Origin: Macrostomum lignano
Taxonomy: Eukaryota
Length of the DNA: 64,000 nucleotides
Reading direction: 5' to 3'
Assembly (NCBI GenBank): GCA_002269645.1
Contig: NIVC01001758.1
Coordinates: 166,757-230,756, forward strand
A program made the translations under genes and the position numbers. The first letter of the stretch is position 1, and each line of letters begins with the position of its first letter. The notes beneath the pieces are model-generated. The model saw only the letters and a list, made by a program, of their open reading frames with translations. It was not told the origin of the DNA and made no database searches. Shown here piece after piece: positions 1 to 11,911 of the stretch.

Positions 1-3000
1 GGCAGCATAGCGAAACGGAGCACGGCCAAGGTTTGAGTCGAGCCATTGGCAACGGACACGGAAGAATCGTGCGACACCCAGGCCATCAAGCTGCCGTCCC
101 CATTGAAAGCAACGTCACGGATCCAACCGCCTTGAGTGGGCGGAAAACGGTTTTTTCTATTAAGGAAATCTGTCTAGAAAACTTAACAAAATAGCAGGCA
201 ACACCGTCATAAATGTCTTTTTTAGTCTCCCAGGATTCGCTCAAATGGATTTCTAGTTTCCTGCGAAAATGATAGAGCTTCAAGAATTCAGCACAATGAA
301 AACAGAATACTTTAGTGTTACTCAGTGGCCATTCTAGCTGGTCTATCAATATCTATTCTATCTAGTCTATTCGTGTCTTTTCTATCTGTGCTATCAAAAT
401 CTTGATTCTATCTGGTCTATTCGTGTCTATTCTATCTGGTCTATCAATATCTATTCTATCTGGTCTATTCGTGTCTATTCTATCTGGTCTATCAATATCT
501 ATTCTATCTAGTCTATTCGTGTCTTTTCTATCTGTGCTATCAAAATCTTGATTCTATCTGGTCTATTAGTGTCTATCCTGGCTGGTCTATCAATATCTAT
601 CCTGCCTGGTCTATCAGTATCTATCCTGTCTGGTCTATCAGTATTTTTCTATTATTTAGTATTTTTCTTTGCCTGGGCTAAACCCTCCAGTCCTTCAGTG
701 CAAGGAACAACACACTAATTAGAAGACAGGTATAAAAACAGCAGTTTCATAATTTCATATAGGGGTGGCAATACGTCAACTGTATGAACAACACATCAGT
801 CGCATGCAGAGGTGATTGTCGATTTTCAAAAATCTAAAAATCTAAGTACTAGAAAAGGCTGGTAAGGAACAGGTTAAAATAGACCGATGCTACGGTAATG
901 CAAGAACCGAGCAAGCGGACACCGTTTAGATGCTTATAAAAAGACAACATTCACTAACCGTACACGGGCTCAATAGTCCAAGAGGGGATTCGCACAGCAA
1001 TAATAACTAATAATAATTTACACCTTTTTTAAAAACACAACACGTTTTAATAGGAAAGGAAATAAAAATTGTGTTATTTAACTTACCGCGATAAGTATCT
1101 GAGTCTAAACAGGTAAGGATGTCAACGTTTTATTAAAAAAAATTATTTAAGATTTCCCAAGTCATTTTGGCAAGTTTAGAAACGGCTTAAATTGTTGTCC
1201 TGAGTACGAGTTGGATACTTGCAATTAAAGCTGTCAAAAATGCAAAATAACTCTAATTTGATTGACACAAGTCAACCGCTCGTTCTGAGATTCGATACCT
1301 AATCTACCGGATAAATACCCGCCTTCATTCGGGTCAATACCCTCCTTCCCTCGGGTCAATACCCTTCCCTCAGGATCGATACCCTTCCCCTCAGGATCGA
1401 TAACCTTCCTCTCAGGATCGATACCCTTCCTCTCAGGATCGATAACCTTCCCCTCAGGATCGATACCCTTCCCCTCAGGATCGATACCCTTCCTCTCAGG
1501 ATCGATACCCTTCCTCTCAGGGTCGATACCCTTCCTCTTAGGGTCGATACCCCTCCCCTCAGGATCGATACCCCTCTCCTCAGGATCGATACCCCTCTCC
1601 TCAGGATCGATACCCCTCCCCTTAGGATTGATACTCTCTCCCCTCAGGATCCCTTAGGGAAAATACCCCTCGCCAGGAATAGTGGCGTTACCTCCAGTGT
1701 GATAATACCCCTTCAATGATCTATACAGATGTCGTAAGGTTACCCACTTAATTCAACTGCTTAAGATGACCATTGGCGCATTTAAAAAAACAATAGAAAA
1801 TAACCCTCAGCAACTCACTGCCTCCGTTGGTGTACTCGGCCATAACGTTGCTAAATTTCATGTTGCCGCCCCAGCAGGTGGCGGCCGGTTTCTCGTCGGC
1901 CTCTTTTAGATAGGCGCTAACAATTCTAGCTTTGAAATCGGTGGCCCCTACGGCCAATAGGCAATTGTTCGGGTGCCAGGCTAGGCAAGTCACAGTAGAC
2001 TTGAACGGCTTTTTGATCTGCTTGCACACCCACCAGTTGTGCTCCTGAAGGTCAGATGTTAAGTGCTAATTAGTAGATCAAATTAGTAGATCAGGTAAGT
2101 AGTATAAAGCATCACTATTCTGCTATTCAACTGTTGGATTGTAAAAAACTTAAACAGACACAGGGATGAAAGGGAATCCAACGTAGATACAAAGGAGGAT
2201 CCTAATAAAAGAGGATTCCTGGAATGCTACAGAGAAAAGGCGATTCCTGGAATCCTACACAGATAAAAGGGGATTCCTGGAATTCTATATAAAGATAAAA
2301 AGGCATTCCTGGAATCCTACAGAGATAAAAGGGGATTCCTGGAATCCTACAGAGATAAAAGGGGATTCCTGGAATCCCAAAGAGATATAACCTTTGGGGA
2401 TTCCTGGAATCCTATATAAAGATAAAAAAGGTATTCCTGGAATCCTACAGAGATAAAATGGGATTTCTAGAATGCTACAGAGATAAAAGGGGATTCCTGG
2501 AATCCTACAGAGATAAAAGGGGATTCCTGGAATCCTACAGAGATAAAGGGGATTCCTGGAATCCCAAAGAGATATAACCTTTGGGGATTCCTGGAATCCT
2601 ATATAAAGATAAAAAAGGTATTCCTGGAATCCCACAGAGATAAAAGGGGATTCCTGGAATCCTTTATAGAGATAAAAGGGAATTCCTAGAATGCTACAGA
2701 GATAAAAGGAGATTCCTGGAAGCCTTCAGAGATAAAAGGGGATTCCTGGAATACTACAGAGATAAAAGGGGATTCCTGGAATCCTACAGAGATAAAAGGG
2801 AATTCCTGGAATCCTACAGAGATAAAAGGGAATTCTTGGAATCCTACAGAGATAAAAGGGGATTCCTGCAATCCTAAAATGAAATCAGTAATAAAGAGCT
2901 ACTCACAGGTTCAAAGTGGCACACGGACACCAGTTTAGCGCCGCTGCCAACAGCAAATTTATTCTCCAATGGCGACCATTTAACCACTGTAGCGGCCCGA

Positions 3001-3293
3001 TCAATTCGTAGCAGCACCAGGGTTGGCCGAAATTGGCCAGTGGAATCGCGAGTCCAGACGTGGGCATTCCTATCGGCACTGGCCGTGACAATGCGGTCAG
3101 TATTGGCGGCCCAGTCGATGCTGGTGACCCGTTCGCTGTGCTCCTCCAGTGACTGGAGCTTCTCCCATTTTTGGCCAGATTTTTTATAAATGTCCACAGT
3201 GTTGGAATTGAGCGACAGGGCCAATTGGCTGCAGTCTTTATTAAAGCTGTGACAAGTGATTGGAACTGGGCCAAATGAGAGCTCTTCAATCAT
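1..3293 (-). CDS. ARPC1: Actin-related protein 2/3 complex subunit 1 (p41-ARC, WD40), 3' part outside window; coding exons 3293-2907, 2044-1819, 130-<1
   Basis: Spliced translation [20 protein letters not shown]...VSVCHFEP|[48 protein letters not shown]...YTNGGS|[24 protein letters not shown] matches ARPC1 motifs (WWVxKxIKKPxxSTV, WHPNN, WVSHDS). GTGAGT donors at 2906 and 1818, AG acceptors at 2045 and 131; phases 0 and 1 are consistent. Confidence 0.95.
345..650. repeat. Degenerate TCTATC/TCTATT-based tandem array in ARPC1 intron
   Basis: Recurring TCTATTCGTGTCTATTCTATCTGG and TCTATCAATATCTATTCTATC subunits. Confidence 0.8.
1320..1655. repeat. 21-bp minisatellite (CCCCTCAGGATCGATACCCTT), ~14 copies, ARPC1 intron
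   Basis: Period 21 read directly, e.g. TCAGGATCG at 1391 and 1412. Confidence 0.95.
2205..2875. repeat. 30-bp minisatellite (GATTCCTGGAATCCTACAGAGATAAAAGGG), ~22 copies, ARPC1 intron
   Basis: Period 30 visible in 2761-2870; accounts for ORFs 2285-2635 and 2686-2871. Confidence 0.95.
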
Positions 3294-4289
3294 TGTTTGG
3301 CTTCTTTTTAAAAAAATTAGAGTCTCTGCAGAGTCAAAGTATGATGTTAAATAAAAAAATTAGTATAAAATTATAATCCCCTGTATATAAACTTTAATTT
3401 CTATCACCCTGACAACAGAGACATCAAAAACTTTATTCTACTTACTATTTGCTAGTGTCTAAACTGAGGAAAAAATCCTTGTCTATAGTACTTTTGTATG
3501 CCTCTGTCTCCAGAGTATAATGCTTATAACAAAATATAATATATTATGCCAATGACAAATAAAAGGCTCCAATCATTATTGTCATAGCTAATACTGAATA
3601 TCAAGGCACTGAAAGAGAACATTTTACCATGGCAATAATGGTCTATTACTAAATAGAAATGTTCTCTTTTGGCAGGACATTGCTCTTGCACACAACTCAA
3701 AAGACTATCTAGTCCTTCTAAGATACTAGAATTCCTTTTTTGGCTAAAGGAGATATGGCTACCTAATAGCCTAAATGCAAACCTACTCAATTATAGCATT
3801 TAGACATTTAAAATCCCATGCAAACACTATTACCTAATAGAGTTTAAGCACACTGAAAGCTATTATTGAGATAAAATAGGCAAAAACATCTAAATACTAT
3901 CTAAAAAGTTTGCTAAGCTTTTTGATAGTTGCAAGAAAAAGCAATAGCAACCCATACTCCTGAAAATGCTGTTTTGTGGGGAAAATTCTCGCATGCAACA
4001 AGGTACCAGGCAGCCATGCGCTATGTGAACAGTGTGCAGCCAAGAGGTTGAAACTTTTTTGGCACATGCCACGTGCAACAGTTTTGGCATAAATGACAAT
4101 ATTTTTTTTATTTTAAACTGAATGTCTCACAATAATAGTATAATGTACATAGTCATCTTTTTGTACATCTGCAATAAGGAAAACAATTTTTTGCCTGATG
4201 CAGTACAATTTTAAGGCATTTATAAGGCATTATATAATAAATACAAACAATAGTATTTTGTTAAAGTAAATTTCTTTTTTGTTTCATTT

Positions 4290-4590
4290 TGTTAAATTGG
4301 GGGAAGAAAGAAAGGAGAGGAGGAGAAAAGGAAAAGAAAGGAAAGAGAAGAGAGAGAGGGGAAAGGGAGAGAAAGAGAAAGAGAAAAAAAGAGAAAAAGG
4401 CAAGAAAAGTAATATACAAAGTGAAAATTAAGCTACAATTGGGGGAACTAATCCACAATTAAGAGGAACTAAGTTGCAATTGGGGGAACTAAGTTGCAAT
4501 TGGGAGGAACTAAGTTGCAATTGGGATGTCGATAAACTAAGTTGCACTGGACAAGTGAAATTTTGAGGTTGGGCATATATGTACCATGTT
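4290..4590. repeat. Dispersed repeat copy 1 (purine tract + AACTAAGTTGCAATTGGG subrepeats); copy 2 at ~6650-6900
   Basis: Both copies share ATATACAAAGTGAAAATTAAG..ACAATTGGGGGAACTAA and GTGAAATTTTGAG.TTGGGCAT.TATG. Confidence 0.8.
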
Positions 4591-4928
4591 ATCCAAATGG
4601 TAAGAAGACAAGACACAAATGTCTAAAGTTTGAATAGCTACTTGGATTGCATATAAGATAATTAATTAGATTAATTGAAAAAATATTAAGTATATCAAAT
4701 TATATAATATTATGTAATATAGGTTTAAATATGTAAATGTAACATTGATTGATATTAATGATATACATATACTATTTGTTGTTATATATGTATATTTATT
4801 TATATTCATTGAATTTGATTTTACATTCAATCAGATTCATATTACTGAGTATACAAGTTCCTTATTTTTTTTCAATTTCAATTTATCCCTTAATTTCAAC
4901 TATTCACTTCATAGCATTATCTGTCCTA

Positions 4929-7580
4929 ATGGCTAAGGCCAGTCTGAGTCAGCCTATGCAGGCCAGCCAAGGTTGGACTTGGATCTAGAAAGGAATGGGC
5001 CAATGCCAAGATGGCCAATCTACCACTGTTAGGAACCCACCACCAGCAGATCCTCACTATTGCCTTAACTGCCTAGGTGGGCAGCCTAAGCGCAACTGCC
5101 ATATGATTTGTGGTAACCAATCATCACTCAAGGGTCATTGCAACACCTGGCATGAAGGCCAAGGAGCAAGGCCTCCCAAGTTTGCATAAGAAGATCACCC
5201 TTACCTCCAGGGCTTCTGCAGGTGTGAAAGCTTTGATTTTATGCAAGGAACTTACCATTTTGGACAATCAGTTGAGACCATTGGCCAGTCAACCAAGGCA
5301 GCTCCTAGCCAGTCAGCCAAGGCAGCTCCTAGCCAATCAGCCAAGGCAGCTCCTAGCCAGTCAGCCAAGACAGCTCCTAGCCAGTCAGCCAAGGCAGCTC
5401 CTAGCCAATCAGCCAAGGCAGCTCCTAGCCAGTCAGCCAAGGCAGCTCCTAGACAGTCAGCCAAGGCAGCTCCTAGCCAGTCAGCCAAGGCAGCTCCTAG
5501 CCAGTCAGCCAAGGCAGCTCCTAGCCAGTCAGCCAAGGCAGCTCCTAGCCAGCCAACCGATGCAGCCTGGCCCTGACCCAGCCCAGGCCTCTAGCCTGTC
5601 AACAAGTGCAGCGGAGGTTGTGGGGCAACTAGTTCCTAGCCTTGGCTTTAGTCAAGCTCACATCTTGCAGCTCTAGTGGCATTAGCAAGGCTGCATCCTT
5701 GACTCTCATCACGCTAGCCATGATGGACCTCAAGCAACAAACTGATGTATCCAATGAACCTCCAGCCTTAGCACTGAATGAAGGCTTTGTGAAGGACAAA
5801 CTATGAGCCATCAATCAGCAGTTAGCCAATCTAATAGAAATAGTCTGGACGTTAGCCAACCAGTCTGCACTGCTGCTAGTTGATTGCAGTCATAAGACAG
5901 TGTTGAGAGCAAGAAATATGGCCAAGTTACTGGAGCATAAGCACCTAGCTATGGTACCTTGTGGAGCAGATTACCTCATTTACTGCATGAATATGCTTTT
6001 TGCTTGCTCAACAGGCCTGGCCATTGAAGGGAAAGTGATTCATTGCAGACATCCACTGTGTATTGTGAGTTTATCATTTCATATTCTAACATGTATAGAG
6101 AGATATTTTTATTTGCTTGTTCAAAGATTCTAACCAAAAGTTTAATTTTCACTCACTATTTCACAAAGGCACTTGCAATTCTTCACCTATTCATAGCAAT
6201 CCAAGAGGCAAGGGCACCCTGGCCACCAGGTGGCTCTTGATGGCTAAGAAACTGCAGAACTTGTCCAATGATCAGAACAAGTTTAGCAAGTTCCACAACA
6301 AGATTGCAGGACACCTCTTGGGCATGACAAGAAGGGTGCATGTGGCTGCAGCTTGCAAGTACTTGGGTCACTAGAAAAAAATGTGAGTACTCATCTTGTA
6401 AAATTTTTAAATTCTAATGCAATTTTTTAAACCCATTTGCAGCAGGTACTTGGAGAAGTATGTGTGTGCCATTCATGAGGTCATGCAATCCAGGATTGGC
6501 AGGATGACTGGCTGTCACCACCAGTGAATGGTGCCATCATTGCAATGACAGTTGTTGAAAGACCTAGGTTGAGCTCATACATGCCCAATACTTATCCAAC
6601 CTGTCCAAACCAGGCAGGTGAAATGGCTGCCAGTCAAGGTAAGTTGCAAAATCAAAAATGAAAAAATGAAAATTTGGGAGAAGAAAGGAGAAGAAGAGAA
6701 ATGGAAAAGAAAAGAGGGAGAAGAAAAAGAGGGAAAAGAGAAGAGAGAAAGAGAAAGAGAAGAAAAGAGAAAAGGTCATATACAAAGTGAAAATTAAGTC
6801 ACAATTGGGGGAACTAAGTTGCAATTGAGAGGAACTAAGTTGCAAATCTAGACAAAACTAGGTTGCACCGGATGGTGAAATTTTGAGATTGGGCATGTAT
6901 GGTTGAGCTGCAACCTTGGTCTATACCTTGAGGTAAAGACGCAGTCTGGCAGCCAGGTAGTGACAAAGCTCAATGAGGCTGCTGTGTATGCCTCAGCATA
7001 TAGCGACCTGCACTTTTACAGCGGCATCGGCTGAAATGGATGTTGGCTCCTCAACTTCTTGCTCCATTGGGATAGCAGCAGTAGGTCAAATAACTTGAAA
7101 AAATGTCAATGTTTCTACTTCAAATGCTCCCAAAGCTACATGGTAGACTTACATACCAAATAGGTTTTTGGTTTGGCACTATGCCCTATATACATTTTCC
7201 TCCTAATTGCCTCCCACATCATTTTATAGAGGTTGTGGTAGAGTCCTTCTATTCCACGATGTGCTCTTAGCAGAAACATAGTGGCCAGACAAATGCCACA
7301 CTCCAAGGGTGGACAAAACTGTGGTAGGTGCTGCCACTGGTTGGCAGTGGACTACAAATGCCTGCTGAAGAAGGTTGCCCAGGTGTACTTTGAAGGAGAC
7401 TTAGCACGTAGCGTTGATCCCCATTGCAGCCCTTTCTTCAAAGACATCTAGGCTACCACCTACAACGTCAGCTAGGTGGTAGACAAGCAGTCTTTTCTGC
7501 ACTCTTGCTGCCCATTTCTGGGGCACTCAGAGGAGGCGGAGGTCAACTAAGAGAACAAGGACATGCCTGACTGCCCCCTA
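4929..7580 (+). pseudogene. Decayed multi-exon gene, possibly transposase-like, with an N-terminal Cys/His (zinc-finger-like) segment and an 8-aa coding repeat
   Basis: One frame runs from ATG 4929 to 5576 interrupted only by TAG 4986 and TAA 5187 (...HYCLNC...CHMICGNQSSLKGHCNTWH...(AAPSQSAK)n). Further protein-like blocks are separated by GTGAGT/GTAAGT donors at 6065, 6383 and 6639. Family not securely identified. Confidence 0.5.
5283..5553. repeat. 24-bp tandem repeat (GGCAGCTCCTAGCCAGTCAGCCAA), ~11 copies
   Basis: Read directly; in frame with the pseudogene. Confidence 0.95.
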
Positions 7581-8452
7581 AGCACTGAGCTCATAAGTTT
7601 TAGCATAGTCACGCAGCTAGCAGCGGACTAATAGATGCTTTGCTGAACTTTGTTTTAACTATTGCAAATTCTGCTCCTTTTCCTAATAGTCCAAACTGGC
7701 TTAACTTGTTTATGGAATTATGGTATTTTTATAGACTTTCCTACTTTTATCTATCAGATGCTAGGAACTCCCCTCCCTATCCCCCCAGTCATTCAGCTTG
7801 GTGTGCATGGGGTGGATTGTGGATATGTGATTTTACCTCCCATGTATAGCGTGCAAAGGCAAAAATTATTCTCATGTACATAGAGCATACTTGAGACTAT
7901 GGATAGCAACCAATGATAACTATATAAAATAAAATATTAGACCTAGGCTATCTTAATATAGGCCCTATTAATAAAATATATAGCAAGTTTTACTAATATT
8001 GATTATATCATTTTTTGAGTATTCACTTTTTTGTAACACTATTTTTCTATTTAACTCTAATATATCTAGTACTAAGCTTTTGGCTTTATTTTATAATAAT
8101 AAAATATAAGACAAATTAATTTTTTTAAGTTTTTATAAGTTTATTAAATATAAATAGTGTTTTATTTGGGGTTGATGCAAAAGTTCTTTTATAAAATACT
8201 AGCTAAATATTTGACTTTGAATTTAACTTTTCAATGCTAAATTATTACTGATATCTAGAGAAATTCATTTTTATACTTCTTAAGAATAGTGCAGGATATA
8301 TATAGAAGATATAAAAATAATATATAATCCTAATTTTCAAAACAAAAAACTTTATCAAAATCAATATAGCTTAAAAAGACAAGATATCAAAGTATGGAAA
8401 TTTGGTTTTTTAGAGTATTTATTCAAAATTCAATATCAATGTTTTGGTTCTT

Positions 8453-9692
8453 GGCAATTTTCCTCTTTCATTTGTTAAATTAATTTTTTGTTTGAACACA
8501 AACAGTACTAACTTTAAATGACAAAAAACGATAACAATATGTCGTGGAAACCTTTGTAGCATTTAGAAAAGCATGAAATTGAAATCGCGCCAAGGTGTGT
8601 AAGAAAGTGAAGCAACAACTGTCTTTTAGCAATTGTCTATGGTTAAAACTGCAGGGATATCATTAGAAAACTAGAAGGGGGTATGAAGAAAATAATTTAC
8701 AAGTCCTTTTAAGTTTTTAGTCAGCTACAGCTCAAAAACATACAATTATATTCAACAACATGACATGACTGGTCACCTTGCAGCACCTATATTTATAGTA
8801 CCCCCTGGGCAAGTACATCTTACACTAGAGCTATGCAAGATTAATTTCACAATGTAGGAGCTTGCCACTATCATAAAAACACCTTGAGACATTATCAACT
8901 GGATGGCAATATACCATATTATTGTAAACCAAGGAATGGTCTTGCTTGACCTGCCCTGGAGGTGGCGCCGGCAATATAATGGCACCACAAATGCGATTGC
9001 AATGGCATATGGGTGACCAATTCTTGGATGGACTGGCATGGGCATGCACCAGCTGTCATGCCAAGTGTCAATTCAGAAAGGCTCATTTTTTGAAGCTAGT
9101 CATCTTACACTGCAGCAGCTGCTAGATCTCATTTGTGGTAGGCTATAGAAGCAAATCAGGGTGTCAATGAAAATGCAACATTGGTTATAATGTTATTATT
9201 GACTGGCAAAACTTCATCAGGGACATCTGTTCTCAGTACCTGATTGACCATCCAGTAGAACTAGGTAGTCCTGGTAGAGATGTAAAGATAGACAAATCCT
9301 ATTTCTTTCACTGAAAGTACCACCAAGGTGCCCACTGGCCAGGACAGTGGGTACTAGGCCAAGTTGAACATGGTACCAAGAAGTATGTGATGATTGCTAT
9401 TCTTAACCGTACTGCTACAATGCTGCTACCTTTGATTCGATGACACGTTCTCCCTAGTACACATGTGATTACTGATGGATGGAAAGTATATGCTTCATTT
9501 GCTTCACTTTCAAGCGTTGGATGGCAAGTGTTGCTTCATTTTTTATACGCCTTGGTGCAATTTCAATTTCAAGCTTTTCTAAATGCTACGAAGGTTTCCA
9601 CAATATACTATTATCGTTTTTTGTCATTTAAAGTTGGTACTATTTGTGTTCAAACAAAAAATTAATTTAACAAATGAAAGAGGAAAATTGTT
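8453..9692 (+). mobile_element. Merlin (IS1595/ISXO2-like) DNA transposon, degenerate and internally deleted
   Basis: ~165-bp TIRs (8453-8617 / 9529-9692); 8-bp TSD TGGTTCTT (8445-8452) / AGGTTCTT (9693-9700). Transposase remnant DGLAWACTSC...SIQKGSFFEASHLTLQQLLDLI...DWQNFIRDICSQYLIDHPVELGSPGRDVKIDKSYFFH*KYHQG...QWVLG...HVLPSTHVITDGWKVY resembles the ISXO2 motifs VEIDES, WVxG and TDGW. Confidence 0.9.
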
Positions 9693-10679
9693 AGGTTCTT
9701 CTTTATTTAAATAGAATGAAATATATATACAGGCCCTATATTAAATGAAATATAGATATACAGTGCAATGTTTGTTGATTTTTTGTTTATTATTATGACT
9801 AATATATTTTATATTTTAAAAAAATAGGTTAAATCTATATGACTAGAATTGACTATGTCTGTCTGTTTGTTTGTTTGTTTGTGAAGTTCACATTTTAGAA
9901 TGAACCACAAGACCAATTTTCACAGGACTTACACTGTTAGCTTGCAAATTTTCCGGCGGTGATGTGGCAGATTTTGCTAAAATTTCTGATAATGCAAAGG
10001 ATGTTTAATTAGCAAAAAACTACTTTTTGCCATGGAATTTCCATGGTCAATTGAAGAAAAGGCTTCTTGACTGTCAATTTGGCTGACTTGATTGAGGTTG
10101 CATCAGCAATCTGTCCTATCTCTCTAGTATATTTCATTTAGCTAGGCTGATTTGTGTGCAGAAAGGAATGGGGGTTTGTTGGCTCACTTGGCAATGTGCA
10201 AAGGCGTGTATACCCCTGGCTGCAGGGCGGCGTCAAAATTTAGCTTTGGCAATAGTTGGGGAAAGAAATTCAATGACTTATTTTGCAGGCCTTCAAGTGT
10301 AGCTATGATTTTCATTCATTGATTGTGCTTCGAGTTTTTTAGATTGGAGTGAGATAATTATATTGCCTGAAAGAGCTTGAAATGCTGAACATGGGGATAT
10401 AATTTTATTGCTTCAAATCTGAAAATCAGAAGCATAGCACTAAAAAGAAGAGTGGCTTGAACAATGTACATAGGGACCAATTGAAAATGGACAGCTGTGT
10501 ACATTGCTGGGGCAGGGAAGGAGAGTTGAGCTCAAATGCAATTATCAATTGCGAGGCCTCTGGGTTGGGGGTTCAAATTTGTACACGCAAAATATTTTGT
10601 ATATTTCTCTGACTGAGATTTTGGATTTTGGTTTTTGACTATTTGAAAATGGTTTTGACTATTTGAAGCATTTGAAGTC

Positions 10680-10885
10680 TTGACTTACTTGACTTAGCTG
10701 CAGGGTGGTCCGTAGACACAGCAGGGAGGCAAGGGTTGCCTATTCCGCTAGCCCCTGAAGGCCCGCAGACAGGCAGAGGCCTGGGGCCGGTCAGGGTGGT
10801 CTGCCGGTCTGTCCTGCAGCGTGATCTTCTGTTGGGAAGAAACTGGCTCGTCTAGTCACCCGAAGGAACTAGATGAGCCGTGAGG
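10680..10885 (-). mobile_element. Short GC-rich insert, probably the 3' end of a non-LTR retroelement or SINE (RTE-like tail)
   Basis: Flanked by the 13-bp direct repeat AGCATTTGAAGTC (10667-10679 / 10886-10898). The minus strand ends in TAAGTCAAGTAAGTCAA; CpGs are retained unlike in the flanks. Confidence 0.5.
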
Positions 10886-11069
10886 AGCATTTGAAGTCAG
10901 TTTTGACTATTCAAAGTCAGTTTTAACTATTCTAAGTTTGTTTTGGCCATTCAAAGTTTGCTTTGACTGTTCTAAGTTGGTCTTCACTATTTGAAGTTGG
11001 CTTTGACTATCCTATTTGTGTGTGCTGTATGTGAAGTGTGCTGCTTATTGGTGTCATTATATTGCTTTT

Positions 11070-11315
11070 CACTGCTTGATCTGTCTGTCTTCCAGCAGGT
11101 TGTCTCTGCTTGATCTGTCTGCTTTATTGTGGGCTTTCTCTGCTTGATCTGACTTTTAGCGGGCTGTTATTGCTTGATCTATCTGTCTTTTAGCGGGCTG
11201 TCTTTGCTTGATCAGTCTGTCTTCTAGCGGGCTGTCCCTGCTTGATCTGTCTGTCTTCTAGTGGGCAGTCTCTGCTTGATCTGTCTGTCTTCTAGTGGGC
11301 AGTCTCTGCTTGATT
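11070..11315. repeat. 34-bp minisatellite (TGCTTGATCTGTCTGTCTTCTAGCGGGCTGTCCC), ~7 copies
   Basis: Read directly. Confidence 0.9.
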
Positions 11316-11911
11316 GATGATTAATACTGCAAGGTGTCTATGGGTGATGTTGCCAGGTTTGGTACAATTTGAAAACTGTCTATATCCTGCGAAGTGGGTC
11401 TTTTTGCTAGTAGGCTACTATTAATAAACAATCAACAAATATAAAAAGAAACATAACCATGGTATAATTAGATAAAATATGCAAGTAAACTTTATAGGAG
11501 TCATGTATGCATGCCAACTATGTATGCTTAACTTTAGGCATGCAAAGCCAATGTATACCCAAATTTTTGGGTATATACTCTATAATCCAGTGTGTATAGG
11601 GTTTTTCTATTGTTTCAGCCAATTTAGGTGTTTTCCAAATCTTAGCTTTTTGTTTTTTTAGGTTTTTTTTAGGTTTTCCTGATTTCAAACATTCTGCCTT
11701 TCATCAAAAGCAGTAGGCCTAACAATTTTCATGCTAAAAAATAAAATTATTATATACATATTTAAAAAATTGAAAAATATGAAAATAATTTTTTTTTCAA
11801 TGAAATTTGCTTCTTAAACTTTTCCAAGAATTATAGTTTCTTGTCTATCTAGGCCCTACTTGGTCTAGATAGTAGGGCCTAATCTGATACTGATAGGCCC
11901 TACCCAAAAGG

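Noticed and set aside
9845-10090. Helentron/DINE-like element (GTCTGTCTGTTTGTTTG followed by GACCAATTTTCAC)
   Set aside because: Suggestive only; no subterminal inverted repeats or 3' hairpin could be defined.
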